Shown: piece after piece, positions 38,784 to 49,529 of the stretch
How the letters are laid out: each line of letters begins with the position of its first letter
Position numbering within the stretch: the first letter of the stretch is position 1
Source of the DNA: Lytechinus pictus
Lineage: Eukaryota
Reading direction: 5' to 3'
DNA length: 64,000 nt
Assembly (NCBI RefSeq): GCF_037042905.1
Contig: NC_087263.1
Location: 13,828,001-13,892,000, forward strand
Notes under the pieces: generated by a model
Databases searched by the model: none
Told to the model about the DNA's origin: nothing
What the model saw: only the letters and a program-made list of their open reading frames with translations
Translations under genes and position numbers: made by a program

Positions 38784-41700
38784 AGGAAAATGTCATCAAA
38801 ATTTAAAAAACAACAAGGTTATTGAATTTCAAAGTTCCACAAGACAGTTAAAACAGTTATATGCTCATCGTTATGAATATTCAATAGATGGGATGATGAT
38901 GTCATGCCCCCATACATGTATGTACATTTACATTTATGTTGTATGAAATCATAATTGCTTCATATTTTCATACAAAATTGTATGATACATGGCTGTCTCC
39001 GTTGTAACAAAATTTGGTAATAATTAAAGACCACTTTTCTTTTCTGTCTTTTCTTTTCAGTATTGTTCTCCCAGTACTAGTCCTGTTTTGTGCTTACTTC
39101 TTAGCCATCACCATCGTGGGTGCTGTTACCAGCATAATACATGATCGTCAGTTAGAATCATGTAAAGGTATTTAAAGTCCGAAACCTCTTCTAACAGTTA
39201 AAACATAAACTTGGAATGTGTTCAATGTTGATTTTCAGATTTAAACAGCAACATGAATCATGATTGAAAATGCAATTACAAAACGGGAATATAATGAGAA
39301 ATAAAAGGTGTGTTCATGTCCCCCATTCCCGGTCGTAAAAGTGAATGCCTTTCAGATAGCAATAGGAAGAAATATTAAAACCCCAAAAAAGGTACAAACG
39401 CGATCAGCTCAGCTTTTTATGACCTTCAATAACAACAAAATATGACACTGAACACGATTGATTTTTTAAACGTCTTTGAATTTGCTCTGGCAGTGGAAGC
39501 CTACAAGGGTACATGCCAGAACTGTCTTTCTTGTGAATGGTCAAACTACTCAGTAAGCTGCGCTGATGAGAGCGGGAAATTTAAAGAAAATCTACATATA
39601 ATCAACTTAAAACTTTTCGGCACTGATCACGTTTGCGTTATGTGTTTTGTAATTGCATTTACAATCATGATTCATGTTGCTGTTTAAAATTTGAAAATCG
39701 ACATTGAACAAACCCTTAGTCCTATAAAGCACTTTTCATGAAAATCGTATCAAAATGAAACTAGTTTCAAAGAACACAAAAGAAAGATCAAGTACATTAG
39801 AACTAATAATGTTGATGTGACTACTTGTTACATGTAGATGGCAAATGTTGATGAAATGCTGTCCAATTTTGACATTTCTCTTTAAAGTACATGTAGCAAT
39901 GAACTAGCAGCCTTAATAGCCCACCTCAAGTCCTCAACCACTCACATCTGACCAGGTTCATTATCCATAATGCATCATTCTCTTGTAATATAGACCCACT
40001 TGAATGATAACACACTAAATTCACCACAAAACACATCCATACCACGCTAATTATGTTACCAAATAGCAAAAGAAGTACTTTCTTCTCCAAAACATTTTAG
40101 TTTCTCTGTTTGAATAATAATAGCCAATTTTTATAAAGCGCTTTTCCCAGAATGGCCCAAAGCGCGTTACAGCATATTATTACTAAATAAAAATTTAGGT
40201 CAGTTCATTCTCTGTATTATTGATGGTTATGGATAAATGACATTTTCTTTTATTTGATAAGATATATTTTGTAAATATCTGTTAACCCCAATTTATAAGA
40301 ATAAAAGCAGTATATCTATACGAAGCTGCTTGTTATTGTTCAACTGGTATCATCTAATATCCAAGAACAACAAGACGATGATACCTACTTTTGGCTGAAA
40401 AAAAGGCCCTTAAAATTTGTAAATTTAAGTAAAATCACCTGTTAACTCTACATATAATGGTTTAAAAGTATTAAATTTAGGAAAAGCAAATTGCCTGCCC
40501 CCAAGAACGTATGAATAGGCACCAAAACCAGAGAAAAAGACCACCAAATAAAGAAGTGGCCCAAAATGTGATTTTGGGGCGTTTTGGCGGCCATTTTGGA
40601 TTTTGGCTCTGCACACTTTTTTGAGACAAAAAATATTGTCATTTCATGTTGAGATAAGGTAAAAGGAACCAAAAAAACTGTAGCCACAGTAAAACCAAAT
40701 ATCACCTATCATAGCCCACTCCTAATGCAAGATGCAACATAACAGGTGCAGACAAAATGGGGTTAGACCATGAGACCATTCTCTCCAACTTTGCAGGATT
40801 TCTGTTTTCTCTTTTATTTAGATCCGTTTTGGGTGATGTTTTCTGCGGCGGAATGTGCTTTGGTCCAGATGTTCCTGATTTGTGGCATCTACATCACAAA
40901 GAAACTCAATAACGTCACCATGCTACGCAGCCAAAAAAGAGCACAAAAGAGAAATTTATGGAGGTAAGTTTTGTTTTTGTTTTAACTCTTATAGCAGTTT
41001 ATGTACTACAGGGGTGTGAGTGGTCACAAATAAAAAGATCTGAAAAAAGCTGAAAATTGGAGAAAAAGTCTGAAATAGAAAGAGCTCCCATACTTTTTGT
41101 ACAGAGGAAAGCCAAAAATAAGCTGAAATTAAGCTGAAAATCAAAACGAAAAAGTTTGAACCTAAAATGTTCCCAACCCAAGCCCCCTTTCCCCTAATTC
41201 CTCGGTCACATTTGCTCTACGGCCGCCGTATTCAAACCACATATATGTAGCTGGTACAAAAAATGTTAAAACTGCTGTTTTCGACTCGCCGTAGAGCAAA
41301 TGTGACTGAGATATAAACAAGGTAAAAATAAATTTTATAAACTTGATGCTCTGTGCATTATGAGACCTAGGGCTACTGGCTTATTATATGCATATTAATT
41401 TCAAAGTCGTGAAATTCTATGTTAGTACACGGAGCAAAATCACACAAAAGTGTATTGACCATGTTGCGTGAGAAAAATTATCTATTTGCAGAAATACTAC
41501 AGTAAACTTATCTGTGTTATCTTGAAATTGAATAGTGACTGAGGGAGGTTTGGGTAATATGTAAGTCAATATTTGTTTGGCTATTTAGACCCTTCAAACA
41601 ATTGACATCACACATGCTGTAGGACTTTGGTATATATACAAAGACCTCAGTACCAAAAGGCTCGAAGTCCAACTTTTTTTCTCTCTTTTTTAGAAACATG

Positions 41701-44700
41701 CAGTTGTTTAATGCAAAAAGGATGTTGAATAGTTATTTTTTATCCTGTGTATTGCTCTTAAAAGGGAGGTTTAAACTTCTTGAAATGCTGAAGAAAAAGA
41801 AAATAGTCTGATATAAAAAAAAAATTAAGACTAAGTGTGATAAAAAACTCAATTTTCACCAAGGTGGATTTGATACCTTTTGGAGGTTATTTTTTTTTTT
41901 GGTATTTTGTGGCCACTAATTTGGTTAAACAGTAATATTGAAAGGAATGTACTGGTACTGTGCTGTAGGATTTTACCAGCATTGACATTTAGAAGCTAGG
42001 AAAAAAATGCTCCCCAGGGAGTAGAAAATGTGCACAGCATAATGCAATTTGAAATTGTTGCCACTAATTTGGTTAAACAGTAATATTGATAGGAATGTAC
42101 TGGTACTGCGCTCATTGATACTACAGTGTAATGTTGGATTTAGCATCATTGGCATTTGAGAAGCCAAGCAAAGAATGTTCCCTAGGGAGTAGAAAATGTG
42201 AAATTTGAAGTTGTGGCCACTTATTTGGGTATACAGTAATATTGATAGAAAAACTGGTATTGTAGTGGAATTACCAGCTTTGACATTTAGAAGCGAGGCG
42301 AAGAATGTTCCCCGGGGAGTAGAAAATGTGCGCAGCATAGTGCAATTTGAAATAGTAGCCACTAATTTGGTTAAACAGTAATATTCATAGTTAAACTAGT
42401 ACTGTAGTGTACTGTTGGATTTACCAGCATTAACATTCAAAAGCTAGGCAAAGAAGGCTTCCCAGGGAGTAGAAAATGCACAGCAAAGTGCAGTAAATTG
42501 TCATAAATGATTTGGGTACATGTGTAAATATGGTTCCATGACATTTGCTCCTGCGACAGTTGCTCCTCTGGAAATCGCACATTAATCCAATGTGCGCATC
42601 GTGGTCTAGTGGTTCTGACTCTCACCTTTCAAACAGAGGGTCGTGGGTTCGAATCCTAGCCGTGGCGTGTTTTCCTTCAGCAAGAAATTTATCCACAATG
42701 TGCTGCACTCAAACCAGGTGAGGTAAATGGGTACCGGCAGGAAATAATTCCTCAAAAAGCTGTGTGCACCTGAATCGGTAGCCTAGCTTAGCCGGGTAAT
42801 AATAATAGCAGGGCCTGCTGGGAGAACAGTTTTCGGAACTGAAGTGGCTATCCTGGGTAAATATGCCGTTATTATTATTATCAATGCAAACCCAACCCTT
42901 AACCCTACAGGTATGTACATGTATCTTCAGAGAAAATAGTGGAGAAGGAATTGTTGTAGGAGCAAATCTTGCGTTCCCATAAAAAAATTCATCTTCTTTG
43001 CCAAATTATTAAGCACCAGTGAAAAACAGAAGTCTGTGTGGAACTTGCACCATACCGTGTAGACCACTTGTTTATTACAGTTAATACTATTACTTTTATT
43101 GTCATTGCCATTATCTGCCTAAAAGCTGCAGAGTAAACCAAATCTACCTTTTTAGTAGGTCTTCAGGAGGAATTTTGAACAATGTGAGAGAACAAAAATT
43201 AGCTTGAACGTTTTGATGTAAGTCAAATATTGTCATGAAACCTAGATAGATCCTTGTGATTTGATATCGATCATTCAGCTCATTTTACAATGACGTCATC
43301 ATCCGTGCAATTTTGGACCCATACGATATTGTTCATTGCAGGTGCGCACCGAGACCGCGGGCACCATGCCCAAGTAAAAACAGTGTTTACAGCGCGCGTG
43401 TTTATGTACATGTACGTGATAATCAACAGACTGAGCTCCCTCTGAAGAAGTATATTTTGCTTCAAAATTCATAACTTTCAAATGAAAAAGGATCTATTTT
43501 TAGGCGCGAAATAAATCAAATAAAGAATATACATTCTCTTTATTCGTGCAATGGACAGAATACTTCATTCGGTGAAAGATGAAATTGATGATCCATTCAA
43601 CGAGGCGTAGCCTTTTTGAACGGATCTTCTCATGAAGTATTCTGTCCACTGCACTCATAAACATTCATTATTTGTATATTATTCTTGTTATTCTTGTTAT
43701 TGTTGTTTTTGTATTAACATTTTCTTATGTCACAGATCAATCAAACACCTGTTTTGCTTTTCTCTTTCCTCATACAGTATTATTCTTGCCTTTGAATTGT
43801 CATCCATTGCAACACTCATCTATGACAGCTTTATGTTAGGCAGTAAGTATATAATTGTGGTGCCCATGTCTGCAAGAAACAAAATATATTTCATTCATTC
43901 GTAAAACTACAGGAGCGGGGGAGGGGGCCTTGGAATTTTTTGTGATAAATTTTCCACACAAGAACCTCTTGCTGCAATAGTTCTTGCATTTTTTTTGTGG
44001 GTCTTGAATTCTTCTGAGACAAATTTTGTTGATGCCCAAGTGTATGGTTCAAATCAATTTGTTTCAAGCATATGGAGATGGAATGTTACAAATATTTCTG
44101 GCAATGCACACTGAAAATGAGAAGACTGAAAAAGGAATAATGTACAAATAAAAGATTTTTTTTTTTAAACCCAAAAAAGTAAATGAGAATCGTCTGCTGA
44201 ACCCAACATTACGATCTATAGTGTCTAATTTTGCCATTCACTTACACCAACGTCCAGGGATTGGGAAAATGGTGATTTCCAGTTCAGTGTTGGTGTTGAT
44301 GTTGATGATCTGAAGCTCACAAACACATGGCAAACAGGATGAAACATCACCGTAAAATAAGCTTTACAGTCACAATAAGGTTGCAGTTTCTGTGCATTTA
44401 TCGTGAGATGCATGGATTGGATCTTTTAGTGCATATTTGAATGAATATTAAAGGTTTCTTTTATCCAGTATTTGGAAGAACTTTCGGCTGTGTTGGCTTT
44501 ACATTCATTTGAGAAGATCAAAGGGACATATCTTTAAACTATGAATCTGTTTGTCTCGTATACAGGTATGGATGGTCATACTAGATGCAGTGATGTATAT
44601 GTAAGTAATATTTCTTGTCAACTTCATGAATTAATTGTGATAGTACACATATTTATTTCCTAATTATTTTATGCACAAATATCCCTCACTTGAGGTGTCA

Positions 44701-47430
44701 ACATGAAGTTCTCGGATAGTCTATAGTCTTTACTGGTGTGTTGGCTCAGTTGGTAGAGCATCCTTCTTACAACCGGGAGATCGGGAGTTCAAACCCCGGC
44801 TGCGTCAGGCCAAAAAGACGTTAAAAGATGGGAGTTGCTGCTACCCTGTTTGGCGTTCAACAATTAGAGAGCCTCGTCGATCTGGCGCTGTACAGCGGCT
44901 GCCAGGCCCACGATTAATTGGGCAAAACAAATTTTCGGAGTATTTTATTTCATGTCTGTTTCGAACAATAAAATATGGATTTTCGAATTTGAATTTTACT
45001 ATCTCATTTGCAAGAAGTTATGGCGCAGTCACATTTCTCCTACGGTCGCCGTGCGGTGAGTTGAAAACAACCGTTTTAACATTCTTTGTACCAGCTACAT
45101 ATGGGTGGTTTGAATAAAATTTGATAAACGGCTGTTTTCGGTTACGGCCACCATAGGGGAAATGTGAATGTAGCATTAGTGAATGGTATTGTCATCTGTA
45201 TACAATTTTCTAGTACCTTTATGTACTCGCTAGTATTTTTAGTGATGATTTAAGTTTCAAATTAAAATAAAAGTTTAATGGGACTTTCTAACTTCAAATT
45301 CTATGAATGTCCACCGATACATATTTTTTCTGTTTTTAATAGATTGAAGTAATGCATTTCATAAAATCTGTCTATAAAAGTGATCAAAGTGTTGACTACA
45401 GTCTAAATGATTAGAGGAGGTGTGATAGCTCAGTTGATGGAGTGATTGTTTCGCAATCCTGTAACCCAGGTTTGATTCCAACGTGGTGCACTAGTACCCT
45501 TTGGTAGGGCATTTGTCCTCATTACCAGGTCCCTTGGAGAGGACCTTAAACATGTGTTCCTCAGTCTGGTTGCTAGCTTCCAATCATCCGGTAGCAATCA
45601 GCCTCATAAACCTCATGTTTACTTTTATTTTTTTTCCTATACAGAACGACAATAATGTATCTTATAGTGTGGTGTATCTTCTATTAATGGTAAGTGTATA
45701 CTTCTTTATGTAGAGATGTACTCTTTTATCATTAACATGGGCTTGTCTTAATCTTGATTATTTTTTTTGTTAACATGTTTTATGTAATTTGTAAATTAGA
45801 CTTTGTCTAGACTTCTCCTCAAAGCACATTCCATAGTTAAAATGAAATCCATGACATTTTCATGAAATTCTGCACAGATTAATTTGGTAAAACATATGAG
45901 CGAAAAATGCTACGGTACTCGTTAAGTGCATTTTTTTTCCTTTTATTGAACTAGAAGTTCGCCAATTTGAAAGTCAGGTAGAATAACGCAATCAAGAGAT
46001 TTGGGGCTCTGTAAAAATTTATGTGGTCACAGCTTTGAACTAAATCCCTCTTTCTCTGTCAAAAACCATGAAAATTTTGTCAAACTTTCCAGTACATTGC
46101 AGAAATGTACATGTTTAGCAAAGGTGGAGATACATGTAGTATTAATATAGATGGGGCTAGTTTACTACTTAAGTTTGCAAAGCTCTCTTGTCTGAATTAA
46201 TGATTCAATATTACAAAAATAAAAATATTACAAAAAACATCCCCCATAAATTGAATTCTTCCTTTATTGCATTGCAGTTCTTCAAAATCATAGTGCCAAT
46301 TTTAACACTACTCGTCGTGTTCCATCCCGTTGATCGAGTGGACCAGGAAGAAAGACTTATATCCAGTGGCTCAGATTATGATGTGAGTAGCAAAAGGACC
46401 TAGCTCTTTCATCAGGAAGCCCTGTGATGATAATGGTTTATAATTCTATATTTATAGCTCTGTTTGAGAGGGCATCACAGAAGTTTATTTTAAGTATTTT
46501 ATGTTTCAGATGATGTTGGAAGGTGTGCATGGTGATATGAACAATCATGTTTAAAGGGATGGTCCGGGCTGAAAATATTTATATCTAAATAAATAGAGTA
46601 AAATTCACAGAGCAAAATGCTGAAAATTTCATCGAAATCGGATAACAAATAACGAAGTTATTGGATTTTTAAGTTTATCAATATTTTGTGAAAACAGTTA
46701 TATGCACATCGTCATGAATATTCATTAGGTGGGGTGATGATGTCACATCCCCACTCTCCTTTTTCTTATGTTATTACATGAAATTATAAATGTTTCATTT
46801 TTACATACATGTGTAAATGATGTGTCTCCATTATGATGAAATAAGTTGCGGCAATAAATAACTAATGCACTTAATCTGTTGTCAATCCGATTGTTTTAGT
46901 TCTTGGTAGACAAATTTTGAATAAATCTAATTTCATATGATAAAATACAAAAGAACAAGTGGGGATATGACATCATCAGCCCACCTAATGAATATTCATA
47001 AAGACATGCCTAGAACTGTTTCACTGGAATAATGCAAATCTTTAAAATTCAATAACTTTTTTTTTTTTAATATTTGTTATCCGATTCTGATCAAATTTTC
47101 AGCATTTTGCTCTGTGAAGTTTACTCTATTTATTAATATATAAATATTTCCAGCCTGGACCATGTGTAATAATAATATTTTTGATGATTTTTCTCAATTA
47201 TCAAAGTGTTTACTTTTTTCTTTTTCCCTCTGTCTCTGTCCTGATTTCAGGGTTATTATCATCATCACAGGCGGCTATACTCCCCAGGGACGTCGGGTCA
47301 CGGTTTCACCCCTCCTCCCCCGCCGGTTCGTAGCCCTGCCAGACGTACCCAGTCTTTCCCACGGTTACCAATGATCACCGAAGAGGCGGAACCAACAAGT
47401 ATAAACGCCTCCCTCCCCACCTCTGCGTAA
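16497..47430 (+). CDS. Uncharacterised 7-transmembrane protein, 12 exons, 418 aa: join(16497..16522,21322..21597,23920..23974,28978..29057,38111..38251,39061..39167,40822..40963,43778..43842,44566..44600,45645..45689,46278..46382,47251..47430)
   Basis: All introns are GT-AG (most donors gtaagt/gtgagt) and the phases chain into one 1257-nt ORF. It has seven hydrophobic segments and a Pro/Ser-rich tail. Exon 1 is the least certain; an alternative ATG lies at 21431. Confidence 0.85.
16581..17179. mobile_element. TTAA-flanked MITE family B (AGGGATGGTCCAGGCTG)
   Basis: TIRs and TTAA at both ends. Close copies at 46551-47163 and 49085-49529. Confidence 0.85.
17511..18110. mobile_element. TTAA-flanked MITE family C (AGGAGAATGAAAC)
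   Basis: TTAAAGGAGAATGAAAC ... GTTTCATTCTCCTTTAA with internal inverted repeats. Confidence 0.85.
19681..20243. mobile_element. TTAA-type MITE family A copy (reverse orientation relative to 10046)
   Basis: AAAGGACAAGTCCACCCC ... GTGGACTTGACCTTTAA. Confidence 0.8.
20930..21140. repeat. (GAT/GGT)n microsatellite with three repeats of AAAAGTCATG.TGGTGATCAGTGGGGATG
   Basis: Seen directly. Confidence 0.9.
21322..21597 (+). CDS. 7TM gene exon 2 (..MVHVTDSYSF..GCLCNFDPLACIR)
   Basis: tttcag acceptor, AG|gtggg donor, phase 2 to 2. Confidence 0.8.
23589..23876 (-). mobile_element. tRNA-derived SINE
   Basis: The reverse complement has an A/B-box head (GTGGCCCAGTGGATTAG..GGTTCAAATCCC), the core CACTCGACCCAGGTGAGGTGAATGGGTACC and an (ATT)n tail. 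Confidence 0.85.
23920..23974 (+). CDS. 7TM gene exon 3 (NGILSLFVVVLGLLCLVR, TM1)
   Basis: tacag acceptor and gtaagt donor. Confidence 0.85.
24883..25370. mobile_element. MITE with TIR TATGCTTTTCACACTG
   Basis: Perfect 16-bp inverted termini and internal GGGGTTAA/TTAACCCC repeats. Confidence 0.75.
25955..26517. mobile_element. Foldback-like element made of inverted arrays of TTCCGAAGGTTCGT units
   Basis: Left arm repeats ..TTCCGAAGGTTCGTTAGTCCGAAAACGAAATGAGG..; the right arm carries the reverse complement. Confidence 0.8.
27038..27262. mobile_element. Palindromic MITE (TACACAGTAAAAA...TTTTTACTGTGTA)
   Basis: Near-full-length imperfect inverted repeat. Confidence 0.7.
28220..28965. repeat. 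Long CT-rich polypyrimidine tract
   Basis: Seen directly; it ends just before the exon 4 acceptor. Confidence 0.9.
28978..29057 (+). CDS. 7TM gene exon 4 (VTKLIDIGRRYHQVTVFTLASIECLL)
   Basis: tgcag acceptor after a long pyrimidine tract, gtaagt donor. Confidence 0.85.
29845..30698. mobile_element. PIF/Harbinger-type non-autonomous element with a Myb/SANT (MADF)-like remnant
   Basis: TIR AGGTGGTTTCAGACCGCC / GGCGGTTTGAAACCACCT, 3-bp flanks TAT/TAT, internal MTSHWSEEATKAFISMWRE*. Confidence 0.7.
30797..31066. mobile_element. hAT-like MITE
   Basis: CACTGGCGGATC..GATCCGCCCTG with a perfect 8-bp TSD AATGTAGG. Partial relative at about 23183-23390. Confidence 0.85.
32350..32732. mobile_element. 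TIR element CAGGGTGCTACATAA...TTATGTAGCACCCT
   Basis: 14-bp inverted termini and internal ACTTGCCCG/GGGCAAG repeats. Confidence 0.75.
33540..34015. repeat. (ATC/ACC)n microsatellite
   Basis: Seen directly. Confidence 0.95.
35178..35533. mobile_element. TTAA-flanked MITE (AGAGAAATTCCAGT..ACTGGCATTTACCT)
   Basis: TTAA at both ends with imperfect TIRs. Confidence 0.65.
36858..37328. mobile_element. Two adjacent palindromic MITEs (36858-37039 and 37048-37328)
   Basis: GTGTTTCATAAAGCTGTTTGTAAGTT / AACTTACAAACAGCTTTATGAAACAC, and GTCTTACAAAGAGTT / AACTCTTTGTAAGAC. Confidence 0.75.
38111..38251 (+). CDS. 7TM gene exon 5 (TIHWLFAHH..FQLIVVCHFYLAR..)
   Basis: tttacag acceptor and gtaagt donor. Confidence 0.85.
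38288..38783. repeat. (GAT)n microsatellite, about 500 bp
   Basis: Seen directly. Confidence 0.95.
39061..39167 (+). CDS. 7TM gene exon 6 (IVLPVLVLFCAYFLAITIVGAV..CK)
   Basis: ttttcag acceptor and G|gtatt donor. Confidence 0.85.
39219..39710. mobile_element. Element with about 65-bp TIRs
   Basis: TGTTCAATGTTGATTTTCAGATTTAAACAGCAACATGAATCATGATTG.. and its reverse complement at about 39645-39710. Confidence 0.75.
40822..40963 (+). CDS. 7TM gene exon 7 (DPFWVMFSAAEC..KRNLW)
   Basis: tttag acceptor and gtaagt donor. Confidence 0.87.
41910..42520. repeat. Degenerate minisatellite, about 150-bp unit, about 4 copies
   Basis: GCCACTAATTTGGTTAAACAGTAATATT..GGGAGTAGAAAATG recurs at about 41912, 42060, 42216 and 42358. 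Confidence 0.85.
42592..42880 (+). mobile_element. tRNA-derived SINE
   Basis: GTGGTCTAGTGG..GGTTCGAATCC head, shared core and ATT tail. Confidence 0.85.
43778..43842 (+). CDS. 7TM gene exon 8 (IILAFELSSIATLIYDSFMLG)
   Basis: tacag acceptor and gtaagt donor. Confidence 0.85.
44566..44600 (+). CDS. 7TM gene exon 9 (35 nt, MDGHTRCSDVY)
   Basis: tacag acceptor and gtaagt donor. Needed to convert phase 1 to phase 0. Confidence 0.75.
44733..44990 (+). mobile_element. tRNA-derived SINE, second family
   Basis: TGGCTCAGTTGGTAGAGC..GAGTTCAAACCCC head followed by a non-tRNA body. Confidence 0.7.
45645..45689 (+). CDS. 7TM gene exon 10 (NDNNVSYSVVYLLLM)
   Basis: tacag acceptor and gtaagt donor. Confidence 0.8.
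46278..46382 (+). CDS. 7TM gene exon 11 (FFKIIVPILTLLVVFHP..SDYD)
   Basis: tgcag acceptor and gtgagt donor. Confidence 0.85.
46551..47163. mobile_element. TTAA MITE family B copy
   Basis: Highly similar to 16581-17179; right end truncated. Confidence 0.85.
47251..47430 (+). CDS. 7TM gene last exon (GYYHHHRR..PPPPP..LPMITEEAEPTSINASLPTSA*)
   Basis: tttcag acceptor, phase 0, TAA at 47428-47430. Confidence 0.8.
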   Translation, partial: GYYHHHRRLYSPGTSGHGFTPPPPPVRSPARRTQSFPRLPMITEEAEPTSINASLPTSA

Positions 47431-49084
47431 TTTCTGAGAGAGGTATTCCTTGTTGCTGCTATGTGCTTGTAGCTCTGCCCTAGGTACATGTACAGGGGTG
47501 TACCCAATCTTACCCACGAACACCAATGATCACTGAAGAGGAGGAACCAATTAGTATAAGTGCTTCGCTCCCCACCTCAGCATAAATGTACCAAGATTTG
47601 TGAGAGGTATCCCTTGTGCTGCTATGTGGTACAGGGAATATCCTGAAGAGCTTCAGCTTTTACCATTTCAGAGAGTCTGCCAGGAGTTATTCTGTAGAAG
47701 TTGGTTTCAGTGACTGCCTTGCGGATAGCAGCATTCTTGCTTGTGTGAGGTATTCCTTGTTGCTAGTATGTGGTGTGGGAATATTCGAAAGAGCTTCAAG
47801 TGCTACCATTCAAGAAAATGTACCAAGAGCTATTTTGTGGAAGATGGTATCATGACTGCCTCAGGAATACATTGTATTAGCTATATGTATGAAGCTTGTG
47901 AGAGGTATTCCTTGCTGTTGCTACAATATCAGTTTGGGAATACCCTATTTTATATAAGCGAGTTATCATAAACATAATGATCTGATAAAATGGAGGGATC
48001 CACTGAAAGGCAAATGTGCTACAACAGTTTCAATATGTACAGTATGCCAAAGTTTATTTTGTGGCAGTTTTGACAGCCTTGAGTTAACAAAATATCTTGT
48101 CATTTTACCTTGTATACTAGAATTGCATTGTGAGAGGTATCCCTTTTTGTTGCTGTTATGTGAAAAACTGTACTAGAAGTGATTCTCCAGTTCTTCAGAT
48201 GGCAGATTATCCTTTAGAGTCTGTACATGTAGGTCTGCGTATGGTATCAGCTTATTTTTCATAAATAATCATGATTTATATACTTGACAGAAGAAACGCT
48301 TGCTTTTGCTTTTTTGCGATGTGGGGAAAAACATTAACTCCTTAGGAACTCCCATAACAGCTGTATTGTTTGAAGGTGAAATGGGTTTACACCTGAATTC
48401 TACTATGAAAATCTCAAGGATTTGAAGTAAAATTACAAAATTCAACACTCCGTGGAAAAAATTGTTAGATGTGCTGGTTTAACAATTTTTCTTAGTCATA
48501 TTTTTGTTTTTCATTTGTCATTCAAGACCCCGTAGGCCTACAGTATTTGAGTCTTTAAAAAATCAATGTACACCTGTATAAAGAATGAATGCAGAACCTA
48601 TTTTGAAAACGAAATTCCTGCAGATTTGTGAGAAGCCTTCTACAAACAGAAAAAAAAAATTTTTGCTGTAATATGGGAACATTGGCTTATGATAACAGAA
48701 GACATATTGAATAAATCTTTATTTCGCTATGTTAAAAAGCTGTTTCAGAGAACACTTTTTCTATATCCTTGAATCTTCGGTTTATTAGAGCCTGCTGCAA
48801 CTGTAAATACTTTCTAACAAGTACATGGACATTTTAAAAGTGTGTACATGTATCAAGCAAAAAAAAAATGTTTCAAGCTGCCAAAAAAGCCGAGTATTAT
48901 CTGCTGATTTTGAAAATGATGCATTTGTTATATCTTACTTTCTATGGCAGATTGTTCAAAAAAATGGACAAAACTCAATGCTGCATTTTATTTTGTTTTA
49001 TTACCCCTATGCAATTGCAGGATACCACCTATTTAACTATTTGTTGCATTACTGATAGGTTACAGGCCAATGTAATAAGGTTAC

Positions 49085-49529
49085 TGTCATGAATATTCAT
49101 TAGGTGGACTGATGATGTCACATCTCCACTTTCCTTTTTCTTATGTTATTACATGAAATCATAAATGTTTCATTTTTTCATACATGTGTTAATGATGTGT
49201 CTCCATTATGATGAAATAAGTTGCGGCAATAAATAACTAATGCACTTAATCAGTTGTCAATCCAATTGTTTCAGTTCTTGGTAGAAAATTTTTGAATAAA
49301 CCTAATTTCATATAATAAAATACAAAAGAACAATTGGGGATATGACATCATTAGCCCACCTAATGAATATTCATAGAGACATGCCTGGAACTGTTTCACT
49401 GGAATAATGCAAATCTTCAAAATTCAATAAGTTTGTTATCTGATTTTGATAAGATTTTCAGCATTTTGCTCTGTGAATTTTACTCTATTTATTGAGATAT
49501 AAATATTTCCAGCCTGGACCATCCCTTTG
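49085..49529. mobile_element. TTAA MITE family B, partial copy
   Basis: Matches the right three quarters of 46551-47163. Confidence 0.8.

Noticed and set aside
38242..38946. Long poly-Asp, poly-Met and poly-Ile ORFs (also 33539-34136, 2903-3135, 8038-8313)
   Set aside because: Translations of stop-free trinucleotide microsatellites in introns or intergenic DNA.
44733..44810. tRNA gene (also heads at about 42592, 45415, 51307, 54866, 56226)
   Set aside because: A/B boxes are present, but the stems look imperfect and the sequences run on into repeat-like bodies; treated as SINE heads.
47436..48165. CRISPR-like spaced repeat
   Set aside because: Eukaryotic context, degenerate repeats, long uneven spacers that are partly homologous, and no cas genes.
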